From NCBI RefSeq assembly GCF_009914755.1, contig NC_060931.1: 64,000 nt of DNA; one strand, 5' to 3'. The stretch comes from the human T2T-CHM13v2.0 reference genome, Homo sapiens. The position numbers and the translations under genes were made by a program. This document shows positions 33,600 through 46,762 of the stretch, in pieces; position 1 is the first letter of the stretch, and every line of letters begins with the position of its first letter. The notes below the pieces were generated by a model, which was not told the origin of the DNA, made no database searches, and saw nothing but the letters and a program-made list of their open reading frames with translations.

Positions 33600-35500
33600 A
33601 AGTAAGCAAAACAATTTATAATAAAATATTCTTTATGCTCAGAATTTTAAAAATAGATGTAGACTGGAAAACCTGCAATTTCCTCATTACCATCTAATAC
33701 ATAGAAAGTCAAATCACTTACGGACAGAAACAGACTTGAAAATTTCAGCTGAGAAAACATTTTAGAATAAAAGAAACATTTTATTCAGCACAGTCAAAAC
33801 AAAACAAAAACAACAAAACAATGTTTAAAATGGACTTTCTGTTAGAGGTGGCCGTTTCACAGTCAAAATTATCCCAGAGAATTGTTTATATTAAAAACAG
33901 GCTGAGAATAGTTTGACCTCTGATCACCAAAAAACCTGGAGGATAAACATTCATCTGTCAAGATTTCTCTGGAAAATCCCTGCGCTGCTTCAAAGAGACA
34001 GAACAAAGGTAAATAGCATCTGCCACCCAAATCTTGCTGAATAGAGTGATTTATCTTCAGGCCTACTAGCCGGCGACAGGAGCGCACCTCCTCCCTTCTC
34101 CTAGCTGTCCCGGGTTTATTCATTCCCTGAGCCTGAATCCTGATAAGGGAGCAGAGTAGGGTTTAAGACCTCGGACCCCAGAATACACCACTGCAATTGA
34201 ATTTTGGTTCCACCTTAAGGTAAACTACGCAGCTGCTGTGAGCCTCAGTTTCCCTACCTATAGAAAGAGGATCGTAGTGGGGAATTGTTGCAGGGGTTAA
34301 ATGAGATTGTACGGATCGTGGAGCAGCGCCTGGCGTGTGGTAAACGCTCAACTTATGCGGGTTGTAACTGCCTGAGGCGTTTCCTTCGGCGCGCCACTTG
34401 GCCTTCTCTTTCTAAATATTAGCATAATAAATATAAATGGACCCAGAACGCGAGGGGGCAGGGGCCACGTGATCGCTCCACGAAAGCCACTTGTAGGGAC
34501 CTTTAGAGAGTTAGCAATAAGGCTGGAGAAGGAAAAGCCGGCGCGCCCGCGGCCCGCGCGATTTCCCGCCGAGCCCGCGTCCCCGGCGGCGGGCGGGCTC
34601 CGGGGGCGCCCGGGCCGCGGCGGCGGCGGCGGCGCGAGCTGCGCCTCCGGGCCGGTGAATCATCCCGGCAGACACCAAGAGCCGCGGCAGCAGAGAGGAG
34701 CGCTGAAACATGGCTGAAGCGGCCACGGGCTTTCTGGAGCAGCTCAAGTCCTGCATAGTTTGGTCTTGGACGTATCTGTGGACCGTGTGGTTCTTCATCG
34801 TGCTATTCCTGGTCTACATCCTGCGGGTGCCTTTGAAAATCAACGACAACTTGAGCACAGGTAAGGCCTGGGAGCCGGGCCCGCGGCGCCCACCCCTCCC
34901 CCGCCCCGGAAAGTTAGTGCAACTCGCGCGGGGCCGCGGCCAGGCGCGCGCTCGGGGACGCGCCGGGGCCCGCGCACCGGAGGCCCGCGGCTACCCGCCA
35001 GCAACGCGGCGGCTTAGGCGGCGGGGCCGGGCAGCTGGGCGCGCGGGGGCGGCCGGTGGCCTTCACGGCCCCGCGGAGGAAGAGCTGCGCCGCGCACAGC
35101 CCGCAAGGCGGGCCGGGCCGGGCCGGCAGCCGCCCTGCTGCGTCGCTGGTGGTCGGGAGACGGAGAAGAACGGGTGTCGCGGGCGAAGGAGTTCCCAGGA
35201 CACCCCCTCGGGTGTCTGCGCCGGAACTCCGAGGGTTCCCCGGAGTTAGACCGAGTCCTTCCTCACGCCCTCCCGGCTGTGGGTGCCAAGCGGCCGAAGT
35301 GTGGTCGGGGAGGCGCCCTCCCGCCCGGCCGCGGAGGCCCGAGGGCGGCTGCCGGAGGGTGCTCGGCGGCGAAGCCCCCTGACCCGGCCGGGCTGTCCGG
35401 GCGGCGCCCTCCGTGGCCCGGAGTTGCGTCTTGCCGGGCGTGGGGCTGTCTCTCTGGTTGGGTAGTGGGGAGAGGGGTTCCCGAAGGCACTCTTGGGAGT
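33600..35500 (-). ncRNA. ST7-AS1: Antisense lncRNA overlapping the ST7 5' end (boundaries approximate)
   Basis: Recalled from locus knowledge. Sequence support is limited to the CpG island and a minus-strand AATAAA near 33780-33785. Confidence 0.4.
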
Positions 35501-35660
35501 GTATGGATGACGTGTCAGGTCACCAAATGGATTGTCGAAGGGACCGGAGGGAAGAGGGGAGAGCTGGAATTTCTGAGGGTTTCGGTTGCAGTTTTCAGTG
35601 ATCTTTGCTCGTCTCCCTTCCCTGTAAAGCTACATATGCTCAGCAAGTGCCGCGTGCCTC
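34300..35660. promoter_or_regulatory. ST7: CpG island promoter of ST7
   Basis: Very high GC and CpG; TATAAA 34432-34437, E-box CACGTG 34466-34471, E2F-type TTTCCCGC 34562-34569, GC boxes, (CGG)5 at 34618-34632. Confidence 0.92.
34710..34860 (+). CDS. ST7: Suppression of tumorigenicity 7, first coding exon (151 nt, phase 1)
   Basis: AAACATGG Kozak; MAEAATGFLEQLKSCIVWSWTYLWTVWFFIVLFLVYILRVPLKINDNLST recognised as the ST7 N-terminus with TM segment; donor CAG|GTAAGG at 34860/34861. Confidence 0.96.
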
Positions 35661-36417
35661 CCATCCTTGGTCGGTGGTAAATGCAGGAGGTAATTAACAG
35701 GATCTTCACAAACTTGGAGCCAGCCCACTGAGTCGTTAAAAAAACACCCGCAAAGAAAACACACGAGCCTTAACACTCCAGAGAGTTCCGAAACACAAAG
35801 TAAATTTCGAGCTAAGGGTTACAGTCCTTTAAATCTGGAAATTTCAAGGTAGAGTGTTTTTGTTTTTGTTTTAAATTTTAATTTCACAGTACTGGGAAAT
35901 TCTTACAGTCCTGAAGATATATACATATGTACACATATATATCTTCCCTTGTTAATCTCCATACTCTGGGAGTGCAAGTCTGGAAATGCATTTTCCTCAG
36001 GTGTTTAGCTGCATTAAAACGCTTTTTAAAACGCTTGAGATAATGTACTCATTTTGTTAGGAAACTTGTACCTTTCAGATACTAACTTAAGTATTTTGAT
36101 TACTAACTTGAACTCATGTTCATATTTACATTTGTTTTGTAGTATCCCTCGGGATCGTGTCCCTGGGAGGCGGATAGGATTCAGCACTCTAGAATTGTCT
36201 CACCATTTGAATAGGTGCTGCTCAGCCCTTTTGAGTCTGTCATCGGAAAGACCATGGCTTTCTCGCTTTTCATCTTTTTGGATGGCTGCTTGTCGCAATA
36301 TTGTCTTCTTCGCTTTAGACAAGTATGTCTCCAGGATACCTTCTGGTCTCAAAGTTCTATACCTTTAAGAAGTTGTTTGAATATATGTTTTAATGGAATT
36401 ACGTATTTGTTGGTAAC

Positions 36418-36750
36418 AGTGTTAGTCTGTTTTGTGCTGCTGTAACAGAATACCACAGATTGGGTAATTTTTAAAGAACACATTTTATTTCTTGTAGTTC
36501 AGGAGTCAGGGAAGTCTTGAGATCAAGGGACTGGCATGTGGGGAGGTCCTTCTTGCTGTCATCCCTTGGTGGAAGGTGGAAGGGTAAGAGAACATGAGAA
36601 AACAAGAGGGGGCCCACTTTCACTTTTATAACAAACCTACTCCCTCAATAACAAAATTAATTCATTCTTGAAGGCAGAGCCTTCATGACCTAATTACCAC
36701 TCACAGGTCCCACCTTTCAACACTTTTGCACTTGGGATTTTCAAACACAC
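36418..36750 (-). mobile_element. MST/MLT1A-like MaLR LTR
   Basis: TTAGTCTGTTTTGTGCTGCTGTAACAGAATACCACAGATTGGGTAAT...CATGACCTAATTACC. Confidence 0.75.
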
Positions 36751-38529
36751 TAGTTTTTAAAATATTAATGTTTCTCCTTATTACACACTTAAAATTTTAT
36801 TTCATGATATACATTTGTATATCACATTTTCATCAGGTTAAATAATTACCCATGTATATATGTGTAAGTGTCACATCCAGTGCTCTGTGCAGATCAGGCA
36901 AGAAGCAAAATATCTACTGGGAAAATGTGTACTTCTTAAGGAAGGGCATTGTTAGGTCTTCTAGCAATTTAAATCTAGCATTTCTCAGAGATGCCTTTGT
37001 TAATTTGTGTAGGGGCAGTTCTAAGAGATAGCGAAAATATGAAGATGAACGTGCCATCCGGGCTGTACCTTGCTAGACACATGATAGAAGACCTGATGAT
37101 GCTGGACTTTTCAGTTTGGTTTCATGCTCATTTCAGTCATAAAGAAAGATAAAAGGGGAAGCACACAGAGAGCACTCACCTCTCTGCTGTTTTTATGAGA
37201 GGGTAGCAGGATCTGGGGTGGGAGGAGGACTTTGGCATTAATTTTGAGACATGAAATTATAGCCACAAACCACCCTAGAACAGTTTAGGTTTTTCAAAAA
37301 ACAGTTGCAGACATTAGAGGCCTATTTTCTTCCCTTTTAAGTAACAGTGAGAAGTTATAGTAGGAAAACTGCCAAAAGGTTGTTGTCAACTTAATTCCCT
37401 CCTTTCCTTGCCAATTCCCCTCCCCTTTGGGAAAAAGTTTCTGTACTGAAGTTATTGGCAAGGAAGGCCCAGGGAGAAAGAAGTCATTAGCCAGCACCCC
37501 TGAGAGGGGAGGCAGGAGCTAGCCTGGTCTAACTTGTCCTTGCAGGGAGGTCTAAAAGAGTTCTAACGGGACTAACTTTGCTGTTCTTCAGCCCTGTGGT
37601 GCTTACTCTTCCTGTGATGAAGGCAAGTGTGTTCCTGGAGAGGTTACTGAATCTGGAGCTGCTTTTAGGGAGTTGCAGATGGCGCAGGCCTCCCTTCCTC
37701 CTCAAGGAAGCCAAAGACACCATCACAATCAGGCAGCCAGGAGCCAGGGCTTCCATAGGCCCAGCTCTGTACCTGTAGGGGGATGGAATCTGCTAAAAGT
37801 GTTCTGGAGTCGTTCTTGGATATCTGCTTGGTATCTTCTCAATATCTTGACCATCTGTGACAATTTTAATCCTCATTTGATCATATTTTATGGTAAATGA
37901 GCTTAACTCGATTTTTTTTTAATTTAGATGCCTCCTAATGTACTATAACAGGTGCTATGATAAGAAAGATGAATGAGTTTGTAAAACCCAGGGTAAATAA
38001 GGAGTTTACTACAAGAATACAACTTCCCATATGCAAGATGGGGCTGGGCAAGGCTGTGAGAGCTTCTCTTGAATTGAGCCTAAGAGGATGAGGAGAATTC
38101 CATGATTGAGGACTCAGAGGTGGACCTCCCAAACAAAGGGACAAAGTTGTGAAAGTGCAGGTCAGATTCAGAGAAGAGCTAATCGTGGAATTTAATTTAA
38201 AATAATAAAAGAAAAGGACTTTGATGAACAACCATACCGTTTTTAGCTCTTACATCGTGTAGTTTTCCAAGTAAAAATGCTTTGAATGCTGTTTTTGAGG
38301 TATACTACTTCCCTACTCCCACCAGCTTGGCTCGTGTGACCTTCGTTGCATTGAGCCAGTGCCATTTAGGGTAGGGATATAGTTCAAAGAATTCCACAGT
38401 ATTCTCTTAGACCATACAGAGAAACCTTAACATTGGCAATCACATCTTGTAATGAAAATGAATTTTAAAAAAGAAAGGGGAGAAAACGAACATAATAGGA
38501 ATAGTACATAGTGGCTAGCTTTGATAATA

Positions 38530-38665
38530 GTTTTTTTTTTTGTTTGTTTTTTAAGAGAGTCTTAGTATGTTACCTAGGTTGGGCTTGAACTCCTGGGCTT
38601 AAGGGATCCTCCCACCTCAGCCTCCCTAGTAGCGAGTACTACAGGTGTGTGCCACCATGCCCAGC
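38530..38665 (-). mobile_element. Alu monomer
   Basis: Reverse FLAM-like. Confidence 0.8.
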
Positions 38666-39159
38666 TGCTGGTAACTGATTTTTGAGGCTCTGCTCTTGAT
38701 TTGGATACAATAGTGTTAAAATAGTTTTATGATTTACTGAAAATAGAATGAAATTTTAACAAGGTTTTTAAAAGACCCCAAATAATATTACTTGTCAGTT
38801 TTCAAGTGAATTAATATCATAAAGCAATACTTTTCCAAAGGGCAGAAAATTAATTGTAGATTGGCACAGTCATGCAGGATATTATTAAAATAGGTGAGTC
38901 TTAAAAAATAGTACCATAACTTATACAGTGGTGTTGATGGCACTTTCTCATCTACCCTATGTTATAAAGTTTTTTGCTGCTGAATTTAAACACCTTTTCC
39001 TAAAACGGGCAACTTTGCTGTTTTTGCAAAAAGCAGCATAAGTGATTTTCCAATTCTTTTTCTATTTGCTGAAAAGCAAGTTTTCAAAGATCTTTGAAAT
39101 CCGTTTTCATTCCTTTTGGAAAACAAATGTAATAGCCTGATCTAGGCTTAAAGTTATTT

Positions 39160-39462
39160 ATTTACTTATGTTTGAGACAAGGTTTCACTCTGTCACCCAG
39201 GCTGGAGTGCAGTGGTGCAGTCACAGCTCACTGCAGCCTCAACCTGCAGGCTCAAGCAATCCTCCTGTCTCAGCCTGCCACCTCAGTCTTAGTAGCTGAG
39301 ACTACAGGTGCACACCACAGTGCGTGGCTAATTTTTTTTTTTTTTTTTTTTTTTTTGTAGAGACAGGGTCCCCTGTGTTCTTGAACTCCTGGGCTCAAGC
39401 AGTCCTACTGCCTCCACCTCCCAAAGTGCTGGGATTCCAGGTGTGAGCCACCGTGCCTGGTC
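39160..39462 (-). mobile_element. Alu (J-like)
   Basis: Reverse Alu; AAGTTATTT on both sides. Confidence 0.9.
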
Positions 39463-39663
39463 AAGTTATTTAGAAGACTTTTTTTTGTGTTAATTAAGCT
39501 CATGAATACAGATGTAAAACTCTTATATTGTTGACGTGATATAGAACTTAGGCTGCAGCTCAGTTTTGGCATTTTTTCATGTTGAGAATTTTTGCTCTAA
39601 ATTTACTTAACATTTAGATTTTAATTTACTTAAAATTTACATAAAATTGGATTTCCCTTCTAG

Positions 39664-39854
39664 AGGGTCTGGTTGCAGTTTACATAGGTCTTTTGCCCCT
39701 GTTGTGCCTGTTGTCTAAAATGTTCTTCCCTATCTGTAAATCCCACCCATCTATCAAGGACCAGCTGGCATGCTGCCTTCTGATCCTTTCAGCTGCAGAA
39801 AAGACAGGCTTACCTTGGAGATATTGCAAGTTTGGTTCCCGGCCACTGCAGTAA
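39664..39854 (+). CDS. Candidate alternative terminal exon of ST7 (63 codons plus stop, in frame with exon 1)
   Basis: Acceptor TTTCCCTTCTAG| with ~44-nt AG-free zone; phase-1 frame open to TAA 39852-39854. Splicing is inferred, not shown. Confidence 0.4.
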
Positions 39855-40500
39855 AGTGAGTCCCATGAAATTTTTGGTTTCCCAGTGCATATAAAAGTTA
39901 TAGTCACACTATATTGTATTATATTAAGAGTGCAGTAGCATTATATCTAAAAGACCAATGTATATACCTTAATTTAAAAATCCTTTATTGCTAAAAAAAA
40001 AAATGCTATCTGAGCCTCAGGAAGTCATAATCTTTTTGCTGGTAGAGAGTCTTGCCTTGATGTTTATGGCTGCTGACTGATCAGGGTGCTGGTTGTTAAA
40101 GGTTGGGGTAGCTGTGGCAATTTCTTCAAATAAGACAACCGTAAAGTTTGCCACATGGATTGGTTTTCCTTTCCAGAGAAAGATTTCTCTGTATCATGTG
40201 ATGCTGTCTGATAGCATTTTACCCACAGTAGGACTTTCAGAATTGGAGTCAATTTTATCACCCTGCCACGGCTTTATCAATGAAGTTTATGTAATATTCT
40301 AAATCCTTTGTTGTCATTTCAGCAATGTTCACAGCATCTTCACCAGGAGTAGATTCTATCTCAAAACACTTTCTTTGCTCATCAAAAGAAACAGCTCTTT
40401 ATCCGTTCAAGTTTTACAAGGAATTACAACAATTCAGTCACATCTTAAAGCTTCAGTTCTAATTCTAGTTATTTTGCTGTTTATGGCATGCCTGCAGTTA
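39805..40500. mobile_element. Tigger1 fragment
   Basis: Terminus CAGGCTTACCTTGGAGATATTGCAAGTTTGGTTCC; minus-strand transposase remnants (KMLSDSI on +, KKLPQLPQP...TLISQQP on -). Confidence 0.82.
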
Positions 40501-40964
40501 CTTTATCTTATATGAATTATGGTATATGTGTGTGATATATGTGGGTCAGTGTTTGTGTATATATGCATCTTTTTTTGTATATGTATGTTTTATTACTTCT
40601 TCTAGATTCTAGTTCTTCATCTTCCAGTGTTAATTCCTTGTACAAAGTAGGTCCTTATCATTCACTGGATGAATGAATATCCAAGTTACGGTGTATTTAG
40701 TGAGCTGGGATTGGAACAATACAATTGATCAAATGCATTACTGAGTATGTGCCCCATCTAAGTTTGCAGCTTTAGATTGTGGTCAGAGGCTGTTACAAGA
40801 TCTTATATATTCTATGATGGGCCATATGCATCTAAAGCATGGTGGTTCAGTTTATGAATATATAAAAGGACAATTTTTTGATTAATGTCAGCTTTGAGTT
40901 TAGAATGTATCCCAGACATCTTAGTTGCCCTTAATTATTTTTGGAGATATTTTTCTCAGCCATT

Positions 40965-41020
40965 AATAAAGCAATCCGAATGATGCATTTTTCTCTGAGC
41001 TTGAGTTTTTGTATATGTAA
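40965..41020 (+). terminator. Candidate intronic polyadenylation site
   Basis: AATAAA followed by U/GU-rich element (TTTTTTCTCTG...GTTTTTGTATATGT). Confidence 0.45.
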
Positions 41021-41297
41021 AATAATGGCTTTACATTCATTAAGTTTCCTTCTAGCTCTGGGATTCTGTGTCTTACGATGAATTTCATTGAGTGCAAAGT
41101 GTAGCACCAAGATAATACATGGACTTAATGAGTATACATGTTTTTTACAGTTTGGACTCTTAATTCTTAGTGAATACAAGTCCAGATTTTGTATGACTTC
41201 CTGCAGTGGCTTCCATTGCATTGAAAATACAATCTAAGTGTATTACCTTCATTTACAAAGTTTGATGCTATGGCTCTTTCTTACCCCTCAAATCTGA

Positions 41298-41650
<353 letters not shown>

Positions 41651-41847
41651 AGACACATAAAATTGTGCTGAAGTATTTCTAATCACTTCGAGTTACAATT
41701 CTGTTAAGTTTCATTTTGCCTGCCAATATTATTCTGAAAAATTTCCCAACCAAATCTTTCTTGTACTACTGTGTCATTGCTCACAGACAATTTTTTTCCA
41801 CATTGGTAGAACCCTGAACTCCATTCATACAGATAATATGAGGTACT

Positions 41848-42723
41848 TAACTTGTACATTTGTTTAAGTTCCTTATTGATGCTGGATATTAGATCTTTGT
41901 CAGATGCAAAGTTTCCAAAAATTGTCTCCATTCTGTAGGTTTTCTGTTGACTCTGTTGATAGTTTCTGTTGCTGTGCAGAGGCTCTTTAGTTTAGATTTT
42001 ATTTGTCAATTTTTGCTTTTATTGTAGTTGCTTTTGGTGTCTTCATCATGAAATCTTTGCCCATTCCTGTGTCCTGAATGGTATTATGTAGGTTGTGTTG
42101 CAGGGTTTTTATAGTTTTTGGTTTTACATTTAAGTCTCTAATCCATCTTCAGTTGTATATGGTGTAAAGAAGGGGTCCACTTTCAATCTTTTGCATATGG
42201 CTAGCCAGATATCCCAGCACCATTTATTGAATAGGCAATCCTTCTCCCATTGCTTGTTTTGTCAGATTTGTCGAAGATCAGATAGTTGTAGGTGTGCAGC
42301 ATTATTTCTGGGTTCTCTGTTCTGTTCCATTGGTCTATGTGTCTGTTTTTGTACCAGTATCATGCTGTTTTGGTTACTGTAGCCCTGTAGTGTAGTTTGA
42401 AGATGAGTAGCGAGTAGCATGATGCCTCCAGCTTTGTTCTTTTGCTTAGGATTGCTTTGGCTATTTGGGCTATTTTTTGGTTCCATATGAATTTTGAAAC
42501 AGTTTTTTCTAATTCTGTGATGAATGTCAGTGGTAGTTTAATAGGAATATCATTGAAATTGTAAATTGCTTTGGGCAGTATGGGCATTTTAATGATATTG
42601 ATTCTTCCTATCCGTGAGCATGGGATGTTTTTCCATTTGCTTGTGTCATCTCTGATCTCTTTGAGCAGTGTTTTATAGTTCTTCGTGTAGTGATCCTTCA
42701 CCTCCATGGTTAGCTGTATTCCT

Positions 42724-42765
<42 letters not shown>

Positions 42766-44040
42766 TGGGGGGCAATTGTGAATAGGTCTGCATTCCTGGT
42801 TTGGCTCTTGGCCTGACTGTTGTTGGTGTATAGGAATGTTAGTGATTTTTGCACATTGATTTTATATCCTGAGACTTTGCTAAAGTTGTTTATTAGCTTA
42901 AGGAGCTTTTGGGCTGAGACTATGGGGTTTTCTTTCTTTTTTTTTTTTAATTTTACTTTAAGTTCTGGGATACAAGTGCGGAATGTGTAGGTTTGTTATG
43001 TAGGTATACGTGTGCCATGGTGGTTTGCTGCACCTATCAACCCGTCATCTAGGTTTTAACCCCTGCATGCATTAGCTATTTCTTCTAATGTTCTCCCTCC
43101 CCTCACCCCCCCACCCCCTGACTGGCCCTGGTGTGTGGTGTTCCTCTCCCTGTGTCCATGTGTTCTCATTGTTCAACTCTGACTTATGAGTGAGAACATG
43201 CAGTGTTTGGTTTTCTGTTCCTGTGTTAGTTTGCTGAGGATGGTGGCTTACAGCTTCATCCATGTCCCTGCAAAGGAGATGATCTCATTCCTTTTTTATG
43301 ACTGTATAATATTCCATGGTGTACGTGTACCACATTTTCTTTATCCAGTCTATCATTGATGGGCATTTGGGTTGGTTCCATGTCTTTGCTATTGTACATG
43401 GTGCTGCAATAAACATATGTGTACATGTGTCTTTATAGTAGGATGACTTATATTCTTTGGGTATATACCTAGTAATGGGATTGCTTGGTTAAATGGTATT
43501 ATTTCTAGTTCTAGATCCTTGAGGAATCGCCACACTGTCTTCCACAAAGGTTGAACTAATTTACATCCCACCAACAGTGTAAAGGCGTTCCTGTTTCTTC
43601 ACAGCCTCACCAGCATCTATGGTTTCCTGACGTTTTAATAATCACCATTCTGACTGGTGTGAGATGGTATCTCATTGTGGTTTTGATTTGCATTTCTGTA
43701 ATGATCAGTGATGGTGAGCTTTTTTCTATGTTTGTTGGCCACATAAATGTCTTCTTTTGAGAAGTGTCTGTTCATATCCTTTGCCTACTTTTTAATGGGG
43801 CTGTTTGATTTTTTCTTGTAAATTTGTTTAAGTTCCTTGTAGATTCTGGATATTAGACTTGGGCAGATGGGTAGATTGCAAACATTTTCTCCCATTCTGT
43901 AGGTTGCCTGTTCACTCTGATGATAGTTTCTTTTGCTGTGCAGAAGCTCTTTAATTATGTGACTCTGGGGTTTTCTAGATATAGGATCATGTCGTCTGCA
44001 AACAGGGGTAGTTGACTTTCTCTCTTCCTATTTGGATGTC
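41848..44040 (-). mobile_element. Truncated L1 ORF2 fragment (older L1P) containing a nested L1PA 3' end
   Basis: ORF 42360-42854 translates to L1 ORF2p ([29 protein letters not shown]); (TG)n at ~42726-42763. Confidence 0.92.
42934..43960 (-). mobile_element. L1PA 3' end (~1 kb) nested in the older L1
   Basis: Poly-T, L1PA 3' UTR, ORF2 C-terminal remnant ([19 protein letters not shown]); TSD GACT(A/C)TGGGGTTTTCT at 42918-42933 and 43961-43976. Confidence 0.92.
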
Positions 44041-44791
44041 TGGGCATTCTATGAATATTTGTGTGGTTGAGATAGTTACTGACTTTGGCCTTACAGCTTG
44101 ATGATAGACTTGGTCCCTTGACTAGAATGCAATCTTCATATGAGACTGTAAAATGAATAAGTGCTTTGTAGGCTGTAAAATACTATTTAAATCTGAGGCA
44201 TTATAGTAGGTCTTTTCCTCAGAAGGCTATATTCTATATTCTATAGGCTTGGCTCTCACAGTGAAATGACACATTAAACTATATAATAGAATCTTTTTTA
44301 TCCTCGATATTCTTTCTAAAACTGCACCAAGCAAGATAATGGGTTATTGGATTGTTTGAAACCACACTACTGTCTGTTTGTTGTAAATGTGGAATAATAT
44401 CTCTCAACATCATTATTGTATTTGAGATGTTGTTGTAAAGATATCTGTAAAGGGCTTTGGATTTTCCAGAAGAGAGAACTTGTAATGAAACTCATTTTTC
44501 TTGTTACAGTGGGGCAAGACAGTTGCTGATGTGTTACCATTACCCATCATTTAAAACTAGCAGGCATTCCTATACTACCTACTGTGCTAAAATAAGGAAC
44601 TGACAGGCCCAGTTAGTTAGCTGTAGCAGTATTTTATGTTGCTGTGGCTGTGGTATCACTGTTTAATTGCAGTTACCAAATCTCTCAGCAAAGTAAGGCA
44701 ACATTTATCTGAGAAAGCATTTTTTTCCATTCTGAATTAACTGAAAGTGCACTGGTTACACTTATACTCTGTGGAGAACCCTAACTTTGGT

Positions 44792-45072
44792 TCTTTTTTT
44801 TCTTTTTTTTTTTTTTTTGGAGACGGAGTCTCACTCTGTAGGAGTGCACTGGAGTTCAGTGGTGCCATCTCGGCTCACTGTAAACTCCGCCTCCTGGGTT
44901 CAAGCGATTCTTCTGCCTCAGCCTCCTGAGTAGCTGGGACTACAGGTGCATGCCACCATACCTGGCTAATTTTTGTATTTTTAGTAGAGACAGGGTTTCA
45001 CCATATTGGCCAGGGTGGTCTCAAACTCCTGACTTCGTGATCCGCCCGCCTCGGCCTCCCAAAGTGCTGCGA
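44792..45072 (-). mobile_element. Alu, 5'-truncated
   Basis: TSD ACTTTGGTTCTT. Confidence 0.92.
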
Positions 45073-46227
45073 CTTTGGTTCTTAAGTTGACCTCCGCATC
45101 TAATAAAAGACTGTGGTTAAGTATCAGTCTTTCAGAAATTTTGAGCAAGGTTGTAGAGCGTTAAAGGACTTTAAAGGCATCTCTTAGGTCAGTGAGGAAG
45201 GACTATTTGTTTTATTATTTAAAAAAATTAACATTTAAAAACAGCACAAACAGAAACACTCTGAAGTATAAAATCGTCTTAAATAAGGAAGTAGTTTTTA
45301 CACATAAGCCGCTCATATCTGGAGTTATTGTGTGACCTAGATTTAGAGTTTTGTCTTGTTTTGGTCAGTTGTTAATACCATTCTAAAGTATTATTTTATT
45401 AGTGACAGGTAATAGTAGAATGCTTACAGTTCTCTTTGTTAAGCTTTTCCAGTTTCTGGACTCTGTCTTGGGAATGAGAATGAAATTTACTTCCCTACAA
45501 ATTGGGTTTTTTCATTTATTTGATAGACCCTGTTTATTGAACGTTCCTAATAGAGCTAATAAAATAATGCTCTTGGGGTGTTTTGCAATTTATTACACCT
45601 GCTCCACTCAATTGATTCAGATTTGTATAGTGTTACATAATAAGAACTAGTGGGATCTAGTTTGTACTTTTCCCTGGGGCTTGGGTTGGGGAGCGTGTGT
45701 ATGTTTGTGCAGAATTTCTATTTTCTATCATTGGTATCTTGTATTTAAAGCAAAATAAAACAAATTATACTTTTTTCAGTTCAGGCTCAGAGTTGGCGTG
45801 GTTTAGAGAGGAATTTTTGTCTTAGCTTATTTATGTTGCAGAAATATAATGTTTGGCCATTTTCATAAGGCTTTTTAAGGAAAGTATTTTAAATTGTACC
45901 CTTACATTTGAGAGATGAAGCATGAGAAGCTAAATTACAATTTTGAAATATTAGAAATTTGCTGCCCAATCGTTCTTTCCCCAAACTGGAAGTTGTATAT
46001 GCATTATCATTCAATAAAAATCTGAAATGGAATCTTAAAAATCTTATAGCAAATCTAATCAATTAAAGTTATTATCCTAAGAGAAAACTTTTTCTTTCTC
46101 TTACATTATTTGAACAAGCAAATTCTGTTCTTAGAGGGAAAGCACAGAAGTCATGGCAACATAACATCAATTAAGTTAGAGCAAAGATATGCAGACTTAG
46201 TTTAGGCTATAGAAATATTCCATGGAC

Positions 46228-46762
<535 letters not shown>

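Larger units (their letters stand above)
35070..40990 (+). ncRNA. ST7-OT4: Sense-overlapping transcript region (boundaries approximate)
   Basis: Recalled from locus knowledge; AATAAA 40965-40970 with U/GU-rich downstream sequence fits a 3' end. Confidence 0.35.

Noticed and set aside
34469-34717. Upstream ORF overlapping the ST7 start
   Set aside because: Begins at GTG, with no ATG between it and 34710; no evidence of use
34861-35249. 179-aa ORF continuing ST7 exon 1 into the intron, and other ORFs in the island
   Set aside because: Strong donor at 34861; the Arg/Gly/Pro/Ala-rich extension is typical of stop-poor GC-rich DNA
42360-42854. 164-aa ORF2p-like ORF
   Set aside because: Fragment of a truncated, interrupted L1; not retrotransposition-competent
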